A DNA stretch of 64,000 bases. It comes from Clostridia bacterium (GTDB lineage Bacteria > Bacillota > Clostridia > JAAYHZ01). Below the pieces are notes generated by a model. That model had not been told where the DNA came from and made no database searches. It saw only the letters and a program-made list of their open reading frames with translations. The DNA lies in the NCBI GenBank assembly GCA_050950825.1, contig JBMNIH010000002.1:384001-448000 (forward strand), given 5' to 3'. Position numbers and translations under genes: made by a program. Position 1 is the stretch's first letter, and the number at the start of each line of letters is the position of its first letter. Shown here piece by piece: positions 38,218-47,747 of the stretch.

Positions 38218-40669
38218 CCTCGTTCATCCCTTTCTTTTTCTTAATCTTACGTTTCCGAATTACGATAATCAAAACAACGATAACGGCAACACCGACTACG
38301 GAAAGCCCGATAATTAAAATCAGGTTAACCTTAGAGGGAGCTTGTTCCATACCGGGTTCAAAGGGCATTTCACCGTACACGTCTTCGTAGTAGTACCCCG
38401 GTCTATCAAAGGATTGGGCTTCCAAAACGGTAAAGGTGTATTCTTTGACGATTTCCGATTGGTTACCCATTTCGTCTTCAAAGCTTAAGGTCAACTTCGC
38501 TTTGCATTCTCCCAATTGGGTGGGTATAATCGACGCTTCGAAATAGTCGCTGGCTCCTTGGTTGAAGCTGCCGGCGAAATAAGATAAGCCTTCACCGCTA
38601 AAATCCCCTTCCAAAGTAACCAACAGATTATTCACCGCGCTTCTTCCCATGTTGTAAAAATCGGTGTACACCCAAATGGGCGTTCCCAAATATACTTGGT
38701 AAGGCAGATTCAAATCGTTGACTTGGATTCGAGGCAGCTGGTATATGGGAATGCTTATTATTTCTTCCGCTTCGTATTGTCTTCCGGTTTCCGGATCCTG
38801 TACTCCTTCTTCGTCTTCATACTGCAATGTCGCTTTCATCTGGTAGGACTTGGTTGTCAGGTCCGGTTTGGCGTAAAGCTTGATTTCTCTTGCTACCGAC
38901 TGTTCCGGACCGATGGATTCGATATAGAAGGTGTTGCTGCTGGCTACCGGCGTAAAGGACCCGTCTACGGATACAAGGGTGACTTTAATGTTTTTCGTCG
39001 CCAATTCCTTACTGGTGTTCAAGAAATGCAGCTTCAGTACAAATTCCGTTCCCGCATTGACGTTCTCCGTGTCGAACTCGTAATTGTCGATGATAATCTT
39101 CGGAACGGTTTTCACCTTGCTTCTTTCGTTCACAACATTGACCCCTACATAACGTACGATGCTTTCTTTAACGACGTTTCCTCCCTTATCCGTATCGTAT
39201 TCCACCGTTACCGGGATGGCATAGTTCTTCGAGGATGCGCTGTTTTGCGGAGAGAGCTTGAAGGAAAAGTCTTGGGATTGACCCGGACTTAAAGAATCCA
39301 CGGTTATGATGCTCAAGGATTTCGGAATGAGGACTCCGTCCGGGCTCACGGATACTTTTATGTTTTTTGCCACGGAGGATCCTGCATTTTTCAATTTTAC
39401 ATATACGGTAAACTCGTCGCCTACTTCGATATTTTCCGTAGGAGCGCTTAGGCTTTCTATAACGATTTCACCGCTGCCCGAAGAAGCCGGTGCGGCGGCA
39501 AAGGGCGGAATCACCGTATGGGTCTTGGAGTGGGAGCTGTCCTTTTCGTCTTTGTAGTCGGTTCTCACCTTCATGCTGATGATTCCCGATGAACCGTCTC
39601 TTACTTTTAAAAGAACAAACTCTACGACGGCGCTTTCGTTTCCCTTCAACAGTCCGATATTGACTTGGTTGGCGGCGTTTTTGACTACAAACCCGTCGTC
39701 TTCATAGTCGTCCAAATAAAGAACCGTATCCTTCGCATCGGAAGAGCCCGTATTGGTAACGGTGAAGCGAATCTTCACTTCTTGACCGACGGCAGGGCGG
39801 TCTTTATCGACGGATATATTGCTAATTTCCGTATCCGGTTTCGTATAGGTATTGGTAACACGAATATTCACCGTCTCCGATACTTGGAATGATTTTTGGT
39901 AAATATTACTGAATTCATAGCGGAGAGTGACGGGATAAATCCCCGGTTCTACCATCTTGGAAACATAACCCGTAAAACGAACGGTTTCGGTTTTCCTCGG
40001 AGCAATGGTAGAGAACTTTTTCACTGTTTTCAAATCGCTGAATGTAATATATTCCGAAAGCTTTCCGAGATCAATGGTAATTTTTACATCCATTGCGGTG
40101 TACAAGCTGATGTTGGACACCGGGAATATCAATTCGGCGTTCTTTCCCCCTTGAATGACAGGCATCGTAAAATTATCGGATATTTCCAAAACCGGATCTA
40201 GCGACAAAGAGTATTGATCCCCCGGTACGGAAGGAGTGGAGCTATCGACGTTGATATAAACGGTTTTGACGGCTTGTTGGCCTTCTTCTCCGTCCTTCGT
40301 ATATTCGAATATTAAGACCACTTTGTTTCCGGTTCCTTTGTGCATCATGTTGGCTAACATGAAGTTTCCGGCATTATCCACCACCGGAATGTCATATACG
40401 GTGGGAACACCGTCCGCTATGTAAAAAGCGGAGTTTTCTTGGTCCAGCGTTACGCGGACATCTTTGATTTCTTTACCGCTTCGGTTTTCAAACATGACCA
40501 GTAAATTGAATTTTTCATTTCTCGGTACTTTTTGCAATTCCGTTGCCCCGGACATGGGCTTATGCATCGTTATGGTAATATCCGCATCCGATGCATATGC
40601 GATATCGGAGTCAAGTACTCCGGAAATCAGAAAAATTGCCACTAATAGAACACTGATAAATTTTCTCAC
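38210..40669 (-). CDS. COG1361/CARDB-repeat surface protein with C-terminal TM anchor
   Basis: Signal peptide; repeated N.G...AK.. Ig-like units; TM helix followed by basic tail. Confidence 0.85.
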   Translation of the reverse strand: MRKFISVLLVAIFLISGVLDSDIAYASDADITITMHKPMSGATELQKVPRNEKFNLLVMFENRSGKEIKDVRVTLDQENSAFYIADGVPTVYDIPVVDNAGNFMLANMMHKGTGNKVVLIFEYTKDGEEGQQAVKTVYINVDSSTPSVPGDQYSLSLDPVLEISDNFTMPVIQGGKNAELIFPVSNISLYTAMDVKITIDLGKLSEYITFSDLKTVKKFSTIAPRKTETVRFTGYVSKMVEPGIYPVTLRYEFSNIYQKSFQVSETVNIRVTNTYTKPDTEISNISVDKDRPAVGQEVKIRFTVTNTGSSDAKDTVLYLDDYEDDGFVVKNAANQVNIGLLKGNESAVVEFVLLKVRDGSSGIISMKVRTDYKDEKDSSHSKTHTVIPPFAAAPASSGSGEIVIESLSAPTENIEVGDEFTVYVKLKNAGSSVAKNIKVSVSPDGVLIPKSLSIITVDSLSPGQSQDFSFKLSPQNSASSKNYAIPVTVEYDTDKGGNVVKESIVRYVGVNVVNERSKVKTVPKIIIDNYEFDTENVNAGTEFVLKLHFLNTSKELATKNIKVTLVSVDGSFTPVASSNTFYIESIGPEQSVAREIKLYAKPDLTTKSYQMKATLQYEDEEGVQDPETGRQYEAEEIISIPIYQLPRIQVNDLNLPYQVYLGTPIWVYTDFYNMGRSAVNNLLVTLEGDFSGEGLSYFAGSFNQGASDYFEASIIPTQLGECKAKLTLSFEDEMGNQSEIVKEYTFTVLEAQSFDRPGYYYEDVYGEMPFEPGMEQAPSKVNLILIIGLSVVGVAVIVVLIIVIRKRKIKKKKGMNEDE

Positions 40670-40684
40670 TTTAATACCCCCAAA

Positions 40685-41413
40685 TCAAATGCATTCTTCA
40701 ATTTTTTCTATGTCACCATCAAGCATGTGAAAAATTCGATGGGCATATTTCGCAACGTTCATATCGTGAGTAACAATGATTAAGGTTTGGTTGTGTTTCG
40801 CAGCCATGTCCACAATCATGTTCATGATTTCGGTGGAAGTTCTCGAGTCAAGATTCCCGGTCGGTTCATCGGCAAAAATGATCTCCGGTCTTGCCACGAA
40901 AGCTCGGGCGATCCCCACTCGTTGCTGCTGACCGCCGCTCATCTCCGAAGGCTTGTGAAGCATTCGGTCCTCCAGCCCTACCGCAATTAACATCTCTTTG
41001 GCCATTTGCGTTCTTTTTCTTCGGCTTACGCCTCGGAATATCAAGGGCATGGCTACGTTTTCTAATGCCGTGGAAAAAGGCATCAAGTTGTAGGACTGAA
41101 AGATAAAACCGATATGGTTTTGTCGGAATATGGCAAGCTTTTTTTCCGACAGCTTATCGATATCCCATCCTGCAATCCGAATGGTTCCCTTTGTAGGCCT
41201 TTCCAATCCGGCCATCATGTTCAGTAATGTGGACTTTCCGGATCCGGAAGTACCTAAAAAACAACAGATTTCGCCTCTTTTGATGGTGATATTGATGTTG
41301 TTCAGCGCCACAACGGATTCGCTTCCTACTTTGTAAACCTTTCGCAGGTCTTTAATCTCGATGATGTTTTCCGTTTCCGTGTATGTATTTTTCGCAACTG
41401 CAGCTTCCTGCAA
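40685..41413 (-). CDS. ABC transporter ATPase (LolD/MacB-like)
   Basis: GTSGSGKST, FQSYNL, MSGGQQQR, ADEPTGNLD, VTHD. Confidence 0.95.
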   Translation of the reverse strand: MQEAAVAKNTYTETENIIEIKDLRKVYKVGSESVVALNNINITIKRGEICCFLGTSGSGKSTLLNMMAGLERPTKGTIRIAGWDIDKLSEKKLAIFRQNHIGFIFQSYNLMPFSTALENVAMPLIFRGVSRRKRTQMAKEMLIAVGLEDRMLHKPSEMSGGQQQRVGIARAFVARPEIIFADEPTGNLDSRTSTEIMNMIVDMAAKHNQTLIIVTHDMNVAKYAHRIFHMLDGDIEKIEECI

Positions 41414-41481
41414 CGGTCATCACTCTCCTTATGCCTTCTATTTCTACTAAAAAACAACTTCCTCTTTTGAATGACAACTTT

Positions 41482-41509
41482 TAGACGATTTGTCATGCTA
41501 AAATGTTCC
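41482..41509 (-). promoter_or_regulatory. ECF-sigma-type promoter of ABC/COG1361 operon
   Basis: GGAACA-N16-CGTCTA. Confidence 0.55.
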
Positions 41510-41548
41510 ATTGTTTTTAGTTTTTTTGAAAAAAATTCATGTGAAATC

Positions 41549-43999
41549 TTAAGGGTTAATATCCGTATAGAGCCGAATATTTTTTGATTTTACATTCGAC
41601 TCCGTATCGGATCGTATACCGTTCATCAATCGAATCAACGGGTTCATCTTCGCGGATTTAATAATAATCCTCCATACGTATCGATCCGCAACTCTTTCCA
41701 CCGGAGCTCTCACCGGTCCTAACACCGGCCCGATTCCTTCCATCATATAGTGAGCGTCGATGGAAGCTCGGATCCGACGGATGACACCCTCCGCCAAGGC
41801 ATCGTCTTCCGATTCCACCGTAATGAACCCGAGATTGCAAAATGGCGGGTAGTCCAACAACCTTCTCATTCGTATCTCGTATTCATAAAACCCTTTGTAA
41901 TCATGATTTTTTGCATATTGCACCACGTAATGCTCCGGGTTATAGGTTTGAAGGAGGACCTTCCCCTTTTCCTCCCCTCTTCCGGATCGGCCGGAGGCTT
42001 GAAGCAAAAGCTGAAAGGCTCTTTCGGTGGCGTTATACCCTTCGGTGTACAGCATGGAATCCACCGAAAGAATTACGGACAGGACAACATCGGGAAAGTC
42101 ATGGCCTTTTGCTATCATTTGCGTTCCCAAAAGCACATGAGCCTTCTTGTCACGAAAATCTCCTAAGATTTGATCGTACGAGTCTTTTCTCGTGACCGTG
42201 TCCGTATCCATACGCAGCAATTTCACGTCGGGGAAAAGGGATTTTAATTCCTCCTCCGCTCTTTGGGTTCCGATTCCGGGCAGAATCAAACCTTTTTTCC
42301 CGCAAGTCGGACATTCATCCGGCATTTTTACGGTATACCCGCACATATGGCATAAAAGCCGATGTCGGGACTTATGATATTTCAGGGTCAGACTGCAGGA
42401 AGGGCACATAACGGCTTTCCCGCAATCGGTACATAAGGCGTATTGGGAGTACCCTCTTCGATTCAACAAAATCAACGCTTGCTTTCCCGCCGCAAAGGTT
42501 TCTTTTAAGGCCTCCGTCGCCGTACGCGAATACAAGGACAGGTTACCTGAAGCCAATTCCATCCGCATATCCGTAATTTCTACGTCGGGTATACCGCCCC
42601 CGGTGGCTCTTTCGGTTAGCTCGAACCTTTTCATCAGGCCGGTCTCGCATTTGTACCAAGTATTCACCGAAGGAGTAGCGCTTCCCAAAAGCAAAAGTGC
42701 ATTTGCCCCTTTGCAGCGGAAGGCGGCAATTTCCAAAGCGTTGTATTTGGGATTTTTGTCGGATTTGTAGGAGGATTCGTGTTCCTCGTCCACAATAATC
42801 ATGCCTAAATTGGATAGAGGTGCAAATACCGCCGAGCGCGCACCGATTACAATTTGGATTTTTCCCTCCGAGACCGCCATCCATTGGTCGTACCGTTCTC
42901 CTTGGGAAAGGCGACTGTGAAAAACGGCGATCCCCTTTTGGAAACGACTTTTAAATCGTGCCACCGTTTGCGGAGTTAAAGAGATCTCCGGTACCAAAAC
43001 GATGACCTGTCTGCCGGTTTCAATCACCTTTTCGATCAATTGCAAATACACTTCGGTCTTTCCGCTTCCCGTGACGCCGTACAGCAAAACCGATTCATAA
43101 CGGTTTTTCATATACAAATCCAAGATACCGTCGATGGCCTTTTGCTGCTGCTCATTCGGTTTCTTTTTTTCATCCTGCGGAACGTGAACATCGAATAACG
43201 GGCTTCTTGTTACCTTTACGGTATCGAATTTAGCCAGCTGCAGCTTGACCAAACGGTTCAGCATGTAATCGGACATGCCGAAGGATTTTTTCGCGTCTTG
43301 TACGGATATATGAGGGACTTGCATCAAGACTTCAAGAAATCGTATGTACTTGATATTTTTAAAACCGTCTCGGTCCAAAAGGTCTTTGACGGTTGCGTCG
43401 TCGGCGGCTTTTTTAATCACCTTTACGGTTTTGTGGCCGACGGTGCTTTCTTTTTCGTCAAAGATCCTTACCAAGCCTTCCTCCTGCATTTTTTTCAAAA
43501 GCTTCGTAAACTCTTTCGTCGGCACCGATTGCCGCAAGTCCTTTTCCTCTACGGTATACTCATCCGCATTTTTCAACACCGAAAGAAAGGGCTCGAAGGA
43601 AGGATGTTGATCGTATTCCGGATCGAAGGCTTTCTCCGTTAAGGCGATATAGCGTGCGACCTTCGCCCCGGTTCCGGGCGGCACCATCAATCGGTACGCA
43701 TCCGCCCACGTACACATATACCTTTGCTTCATCATCTTAACCAATTGAAGCATGTTAGAATCCAGCACCGGTTTTGCATCCGCCAATGCTTTGATGTCCT
43801 TTAATCTCCCTTTGGCTTCCTCGGCTGTGCCGATTTCCATAACCATTCCTTCCGTCGGTTTATCGGAAGCACCGAAAGGAACAATGACCCTCATACCGGG
43901 CTTGACTTGATCGATATATCCATCCGGTATTCGATAGTCGTAAAGCCGGTCAAAGCCGGTCAATGCATGTCCGATGGCGATTTTCGCAATTTTAAGCAT
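41549..43999 (-). CDS. priA: Primosomal protein N'
   Basis: GVTGSGKTEVY, LVPEISLTPQ, DEEH, NRRGY with four CxxC, GTQMIAKGHDF. Confidence 0.97.
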   Translation of the reverse strand: MLKIAKIAIGHALTGFDRLYDYRIPDGYIDQVKPGMRVIVPFGASDKPTEGMVMEIGTAEEAKGRLKDIKALADAKPVLDSNMLQLVKMMKQRYMCTWADAYRLMVPPGTGAKVARYIALTEKAFDPEYDQHPSFEPFLSVLKNADEYTVEEKDLRQSVPTKEFTKLLKKMQEEGLVRIFDEKESTVGHKTVKVIKKAADDATVKDLLDRDGFKNIKYIRFLEVLMQVPHISVQDAKKSFGMSDYMLNRLVKLQLAKFDTVKVTRSPLFDVHVPQDEKKKPNEQQQKAIDGILDLYMKNRYESVLLYGVTGSGKTEVYLQLIEKVIETGRQVIVLVPEISLTPQTVARFKSRFQKGIAVFHSRLSQGERYDQWMAVSEGKIQIVIGARSAVFAPLSNLGMIIVDEEHESSYKSDKNPKYNALEIAAFRCKGANALLLLGSATPSVNTWYKCETGLMKRFELTERATGGGIPDVEITDMRMELASGNLSLYSRTATEALKETFAAGKQALILLNRRGYSQYALCTDCGKAVMCPSCSLTLKYHKSRHRLLCHMCGYTVKMPDECPTCGKKGLILPGIGTQRAEEELKSLFPDVKLLRMDTDTVTRKDSYDQILGDFRDKKAHVLLGTQMIAKGHDFPDVVLSVILSVDSMLYTEGYNATERAFQLLLQASGRSGRGEEKGKVLLQTYNPEHYVVQYAKNHDYKGFYEYEIRMRRLLDYPPFCNLGFITVESEDDALAEGVIRRIRASIDAHYMMEGIGPVLGPVRAPVERVADRYVWRIIIKSAKMNPLIRLMNGIRSDTESNVKSKNIRLYTDINP

Positions 44000-44654
44000 G
44001 ACGGATCGTCCTTAGCAAGTAGGTTTTTATGTCTTCCATACACTCGAAAACACGATCCGCCAGATCGCTTTCTTGGTTTCGTCCTTTTGACGAATAAAAT
44101 GCGATGCACCTCATACCGGCTCCTTTGGCGGCGGTAATGCCGTTTTTCGAATCTTCAATGACAATGCATTCCATAGGGTCCACGGACAGTCTTTTTGCGC
44201 ATTCGATATAGATGTCCGGTGCCGGTTTAGTACGAGGAATGCTTTCGCCGCTTAAGATCAATCGGAAATGATCCAAGATCCCCAGCCGATCCAAAATCTC
44301 ACGAATATATACCAACGGGGAAGATGAAGCTACCGCCAAGGTTACGTTTGTTTCCTCCCGCAGGGCTTTCACAAGCTCGACAACCCCTTCAAAGGGGCCG
44401 AACGTCCCGCTTCGAAACTCATCCAACATGTAATTTAATTGCAGCTCCAAAAGCTCTTCCACCGTCTGCGAAAAGCCGTATTGCTCCTTCAACATTGCAA
44501 ACATCTCGTCTCCCGCCGTTCCCATCCAAGTGTTGTATTCCTCCGGCGGCATGGTGATGTTCAAGGATTCCAAAATCCGCATATCCGTCTTTTTATATAT
44601 CGGCTCGCTGTTCACAATAACGCCGTCCAGATCAAAAATAACCGCCTTTATCAT
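43992..44654 (-). CDS. HAD family phosphatase (beta-PGM-like)
   Basis: FDLDGV, ASSS, KPAPDIY, IEDS..G..AA..AGM. Confidence 0.92.
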   Translation of the reverse strand: MIKAVIFDLDGVIVNSEPIYKKTDMRILESLNITMPPEEYNTWMGTAGDEMFAMLKEQYGFSQTVEELLELQLNYMLDEFRSGTFGPFEGVVELVKALREETNVTLAVASSSPLVYIREILDRLGILDHFRLILSGESIPRTKPAPDIYIECAKRLSVDPMECIVIEDSKNGITAAKGAGMRCIAFYSSKGRNQESDLADRVFECMEDIKTYLLRTIRHA

Positions 44655-44670
44655 TTCTTTTGCACATCCT

Positions 44671-45750
44671 TTATCTCCATTTTTCTATTCGCTTGACTAC
44701 GCTGTCCAGCATTTCTTTATCCTTAATGCCGGAGATATGGTGAAACCATACACCGTCCGGCTTCAACGTTTCAAACACCAAATCCAATTCACGTATATGA
44801 ATATCCAAATAGACGCCTTTTCTTTTGGCTTGGATCTTTTGATATACGGGAACCCAACGGGCGTACCCTTCGTTCCCGGCTCCGCATACCCATTGAACCG
44901 CTCCCAACTCCTTGATATCCAACACGGTATCCAAGTGCCGTAAGGCACCGATGCCGTCCAAGTGGTAGATGGAATGATCCAAATACTTGCACTCTTCCAT
45001 AATGCCGGGAAGGAAAAATTCATTGAACATTTCACGGCCGATCATATAGGAAAAGTCGCAGGAAACGATGAAGTACTTTTCTTTGCTAACCCCCGGAAGC
45101 CAAGAGGTTATGGGCATGCCGGCGTTCTTTAGCTTTTTGTAAAACCGTTCGTATATATAAAAGTATTCCTTGTAGGATTTTTCAAGGGCTAATTTTACAT
45201 ACTCCGGATTCTCCAGCAAATCGATACACAGGTTGGCCGGATCTCGTAAGGCCGCCAAATGATCGCCTCCGGGATGGTAATCGGTATGCCCCACGATAAA
45301 GGATTCCTTACCCAATTCCAAAAGACAATCGATATACCGGTTCATCGCGAATAACAGCGGATGCTCAAGATCCAATGTTCCCTTATCGAAATCCTTTTCC
45401 CAATCCAAAATGACAGGCTCGGTCCATGTGGTGGTTTCGCCGAAATGATACGGGCAGCCGCACCAAGCGCTGAAAATTTCGGGACCCATGTTAGGGAAAA
45501 CCACAGGGAGAGCATCGTAGTAATACCGGTAATTACCGATGTTTATGGCATCGCACTCGGCGCGAAACTCAACGTCCAGCCATCTTTCCCGGTGGCTTTT
45601 GTACTCTTTTTTCGGTACGGGAACCGGGTTTTCCACCGGTATTATTACGCTAACCAAGGGACGATCGAGGGTTTCTCCGTGAAAAAATGCTTCGTATCTT
45701 TTATAGGATTCTTCAAAGTCAGGTTTGTGTTTAAAATACATGGCTACCAC
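44671..45750 (-). CDS. UroD-like / corrinoid-methyltransferase-fold protein
   Basis: LDRP, NMGP, GGD.LAALR, CDFS.MI, YHLDG.GAL.HLD, QWV.GAG. Confidence 0.7.
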   Translation of the reverse strand: MVAMYFKHKPDFEESYKRYEAFFHGETLDRPLVSVIIPVENPVPVPKKEYKSHRERWLDVEFRAECDAINIGNYRYYYDALPVVFPNMGPEIFSAWCGCPYHFGETTTWTEPVILDWEKDFDKGTLDLEHPLLFAMNRYIDCLLELGKESFIVGHTDYHPGGDHLAALRDPANLCIDLLENPEYVKLALEKSYKEYFYIYERFYKKLKNAGMPITSWLPGVSKEKYFIVSCDFSYMIGREMFNEFFLPGIMEECKYLDHSIYHLDGIGALRHLDTVLDIKELGAVQWVCGAGNEGYARWVPVYQKIQAKRKGVYLDIHIRELDLVFETLKPDGVWFHHISGIKDKEMLDSVVKRIEKWR

Positions 45751-45815
45751 CCTTTACGTTGGAATTATCGTAATTATATCATACCCGGCCGGAATTTTCC
45801 TTTTACCGCTTGCTT

Positions 45816-47564
45816 TTATCTCGGTTTCTTAAATAGCAAAAGAAAAAGAATCACCAAAACCAAAAGGATCGAAAGTAAAGAACCGTCCCCTTCCTCTTCC
45901 AAAAACCCTTTCGGCGCGTCTTTTTCGGAAAACAGAACAATAGGCCTTCCGCTTTCGTCCGTCACCGCTTCTTCTCCCGAAGGGTCCGGATAGTAGCGAT
46001 AAGGATCCTCTTTCGAATCCTCTTCCCTTCCTAAAGGCTCAAACCGATGCTCGAGATAATAACGGTTTTTGACGGATTTTTGATACTTTTTGTAAAAGTC
46101 CTCCGATCGTATGGTCAACACCTTTCCGCATTCCGTTCGGTCCGGTTTTACGGTGATGGTCGCTTTGTACCGGTCCGGAGGAACGGCAAACTTAATATCC
46201 CCCTTGATATTATTCACCCTCATGGTATAAGGAGAGTATTCGTTGTCGTCGAAAACCACGTCTATCGTATAGCACGCGGTTTTATCTTTTGTTCTTATAC
46301 AGTGTCCTAAGGGAGCCATGGCGGTCCTTCTTTTGGGTCTGGACAAGTCCCCCGCGCTTCCGATTTTTTCTCCGGGACTGTATTGGAAAAGAATCCGATC
46401 CTTGTATCGAGGAAGATCGATAAAGTAATCGAAGGGTCGGTATCGATCCGGCCACCCCATATAGGGTTCCCCGAAATCCCATTTGCCGTTACCGGGTTTT
46501 AAGTTAATGAAAAACCCATGGTTGACGAACACCCGGTTTATCTCGTTTTTCCTATCGGGGTACATACTCGTCAATCCTTCGTACACGTCGGTAAAATCGT
46601 TGTTAAATCTTTTTAATACCGCCCAAATCTCTTCCATAGACATATGAACGGGATCGTCGTTGATTTCGTCATACAAATCCCACAGAATCCCGCATATGGC
46701 AAACTCCTCTCCCATTCCGAAATAGTCCACGGGTAAAAAATCGATTTCCATACTGCCGATCGGGTTATATACGTCTTTAAAAGCGTATCCGTTATATTCT
46801 CCGATCATTAAAGACATAAATTCGGCAAAGCCCTCCACATAGGAATCGGCGGTGGAATCGTTCAGAAAACCGGCATGATTCTTTTCAAATCCCCCCTGCG
46901 TTTGGGGCCACTTTTTATGAAGATTAAACAGAATATGATGGCTGTACTCGTGCCATTCTCTGTTCTGCGGTGCGTTTTCATTGTTGACCGACATGTCCGT
47001 TTCGGAGATAACAAAAATGTCGTCGAAGTAATAGGTATTGTCCAAAGATCCGTAGCATACGACGTAAACCGTGGGGATGTCAAACTCCTCGTATACGTTT
47101 AAAATCTCCCGATAGAAGAATACCGCATCCTTTAAATATTGATATACCGTAACCAATTGGTCGTTGTACTTTCGGTTTCCTTCATCCTCCGATTGAATCT
47201 TGAAGGTTTGCCAAAGGTCGGAAGGGCTTTTTACCGCAATGTCAAAATCGTTTTTCAAATGGACCATAACCCCCTCGTCATTCAAGATCCCGATCACATA
47301 GAAAGGCATATCATTGAATCGATGTTCAAACCGTGTGGTAACACGGAATTCGAAAGGAAAATCCTTATCCACGGGAATGTAAATGCGGCCTTCTTCATCG
47401 GTAACGAACGACAAGGTCGTATCGTCAAGGAACGCTTCCGTTCGCATGCCTGTAATCGGACGGCCGGCTTTATCGGTAAATTGTACCGCAACCGTAGATT
47501 CTTTCGCATGTGTTTTTAAAGGAAGAATAAATATCAACAGCAATAGCAAGGCGGCTTTTTTCAT
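45816..47564 (-). CDS. Membrane-anchored secreted zinc metalloprotease-like protein
   Basis: Signal peptide; HEYSH with downstream EGFAEF; C-terminal hydrophobic anchor and KKPR. Confidence 0.7.
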   Translation of the reverse strand: MKKAALLLLLIFILPLKTHAKESTVAVQFTDKAGRPITGMRTEAFLDDTTLSFVTDEEGRIYIPVDKDFPFEFRVTTRFEHRFNDMPFYVIGILNDEGVMVHLKNDFDIAVKSPSDLWQTFKIQSEDEGNRKYNDQLVTVYQYLKDAVFFYREILNVYEEFDIPTVYVVCYGSLDNTYYFDDIFVISETDMSVNNENAPQNREWHEYSHHILFNLHKKWPQTQGGFEKNHAGFLNDSTADSYVEGFAEFMSLMIGEYNGYAFKDVYNPIGSMEIDFLPVDYFGMGEEFAICGILWDLYDEINDDPVHMSMEEIWAVLKRFNNDFTDVYEGLTSMYPDRKNEINRVFVNHGFFINLKPGNGKWDFGEPYMGWPDRYRPFDYFIDLPRYKDRILFQYSPGEKIGSAGDLSRPKRRTAMAPLGHCIRTKDKTACYTIDVVFDDNEYSPYTMRVNNIKGDIKFAVPPDRYKATITVKPDRTECGKVLTIRSEDFYKKYQKSVKNRYYLEHRFEPLGREEDSKEDPYRYYPDPSGEEAVTDESGRPIVLFSEKDAPKGFLEEEGDGSLLSILLVLVILFLLLFKKPR

Positions 47565-47747
47565 TTCAAATCGTCCTCTTCTTACATATTCATCCTATTT
47601 TTTGTGAATACGCTGTGAAATATTCTTTGTTTGCCAACCAAATGCTTTATGCTTCATTGACGCTGCCGTACTCGTTATGGTAGATTGTGCTTAACAAACT
47701 TTCTAACAGCCGGTATACCTATCGAAATGCCGGCAAGGAGGAAAATC

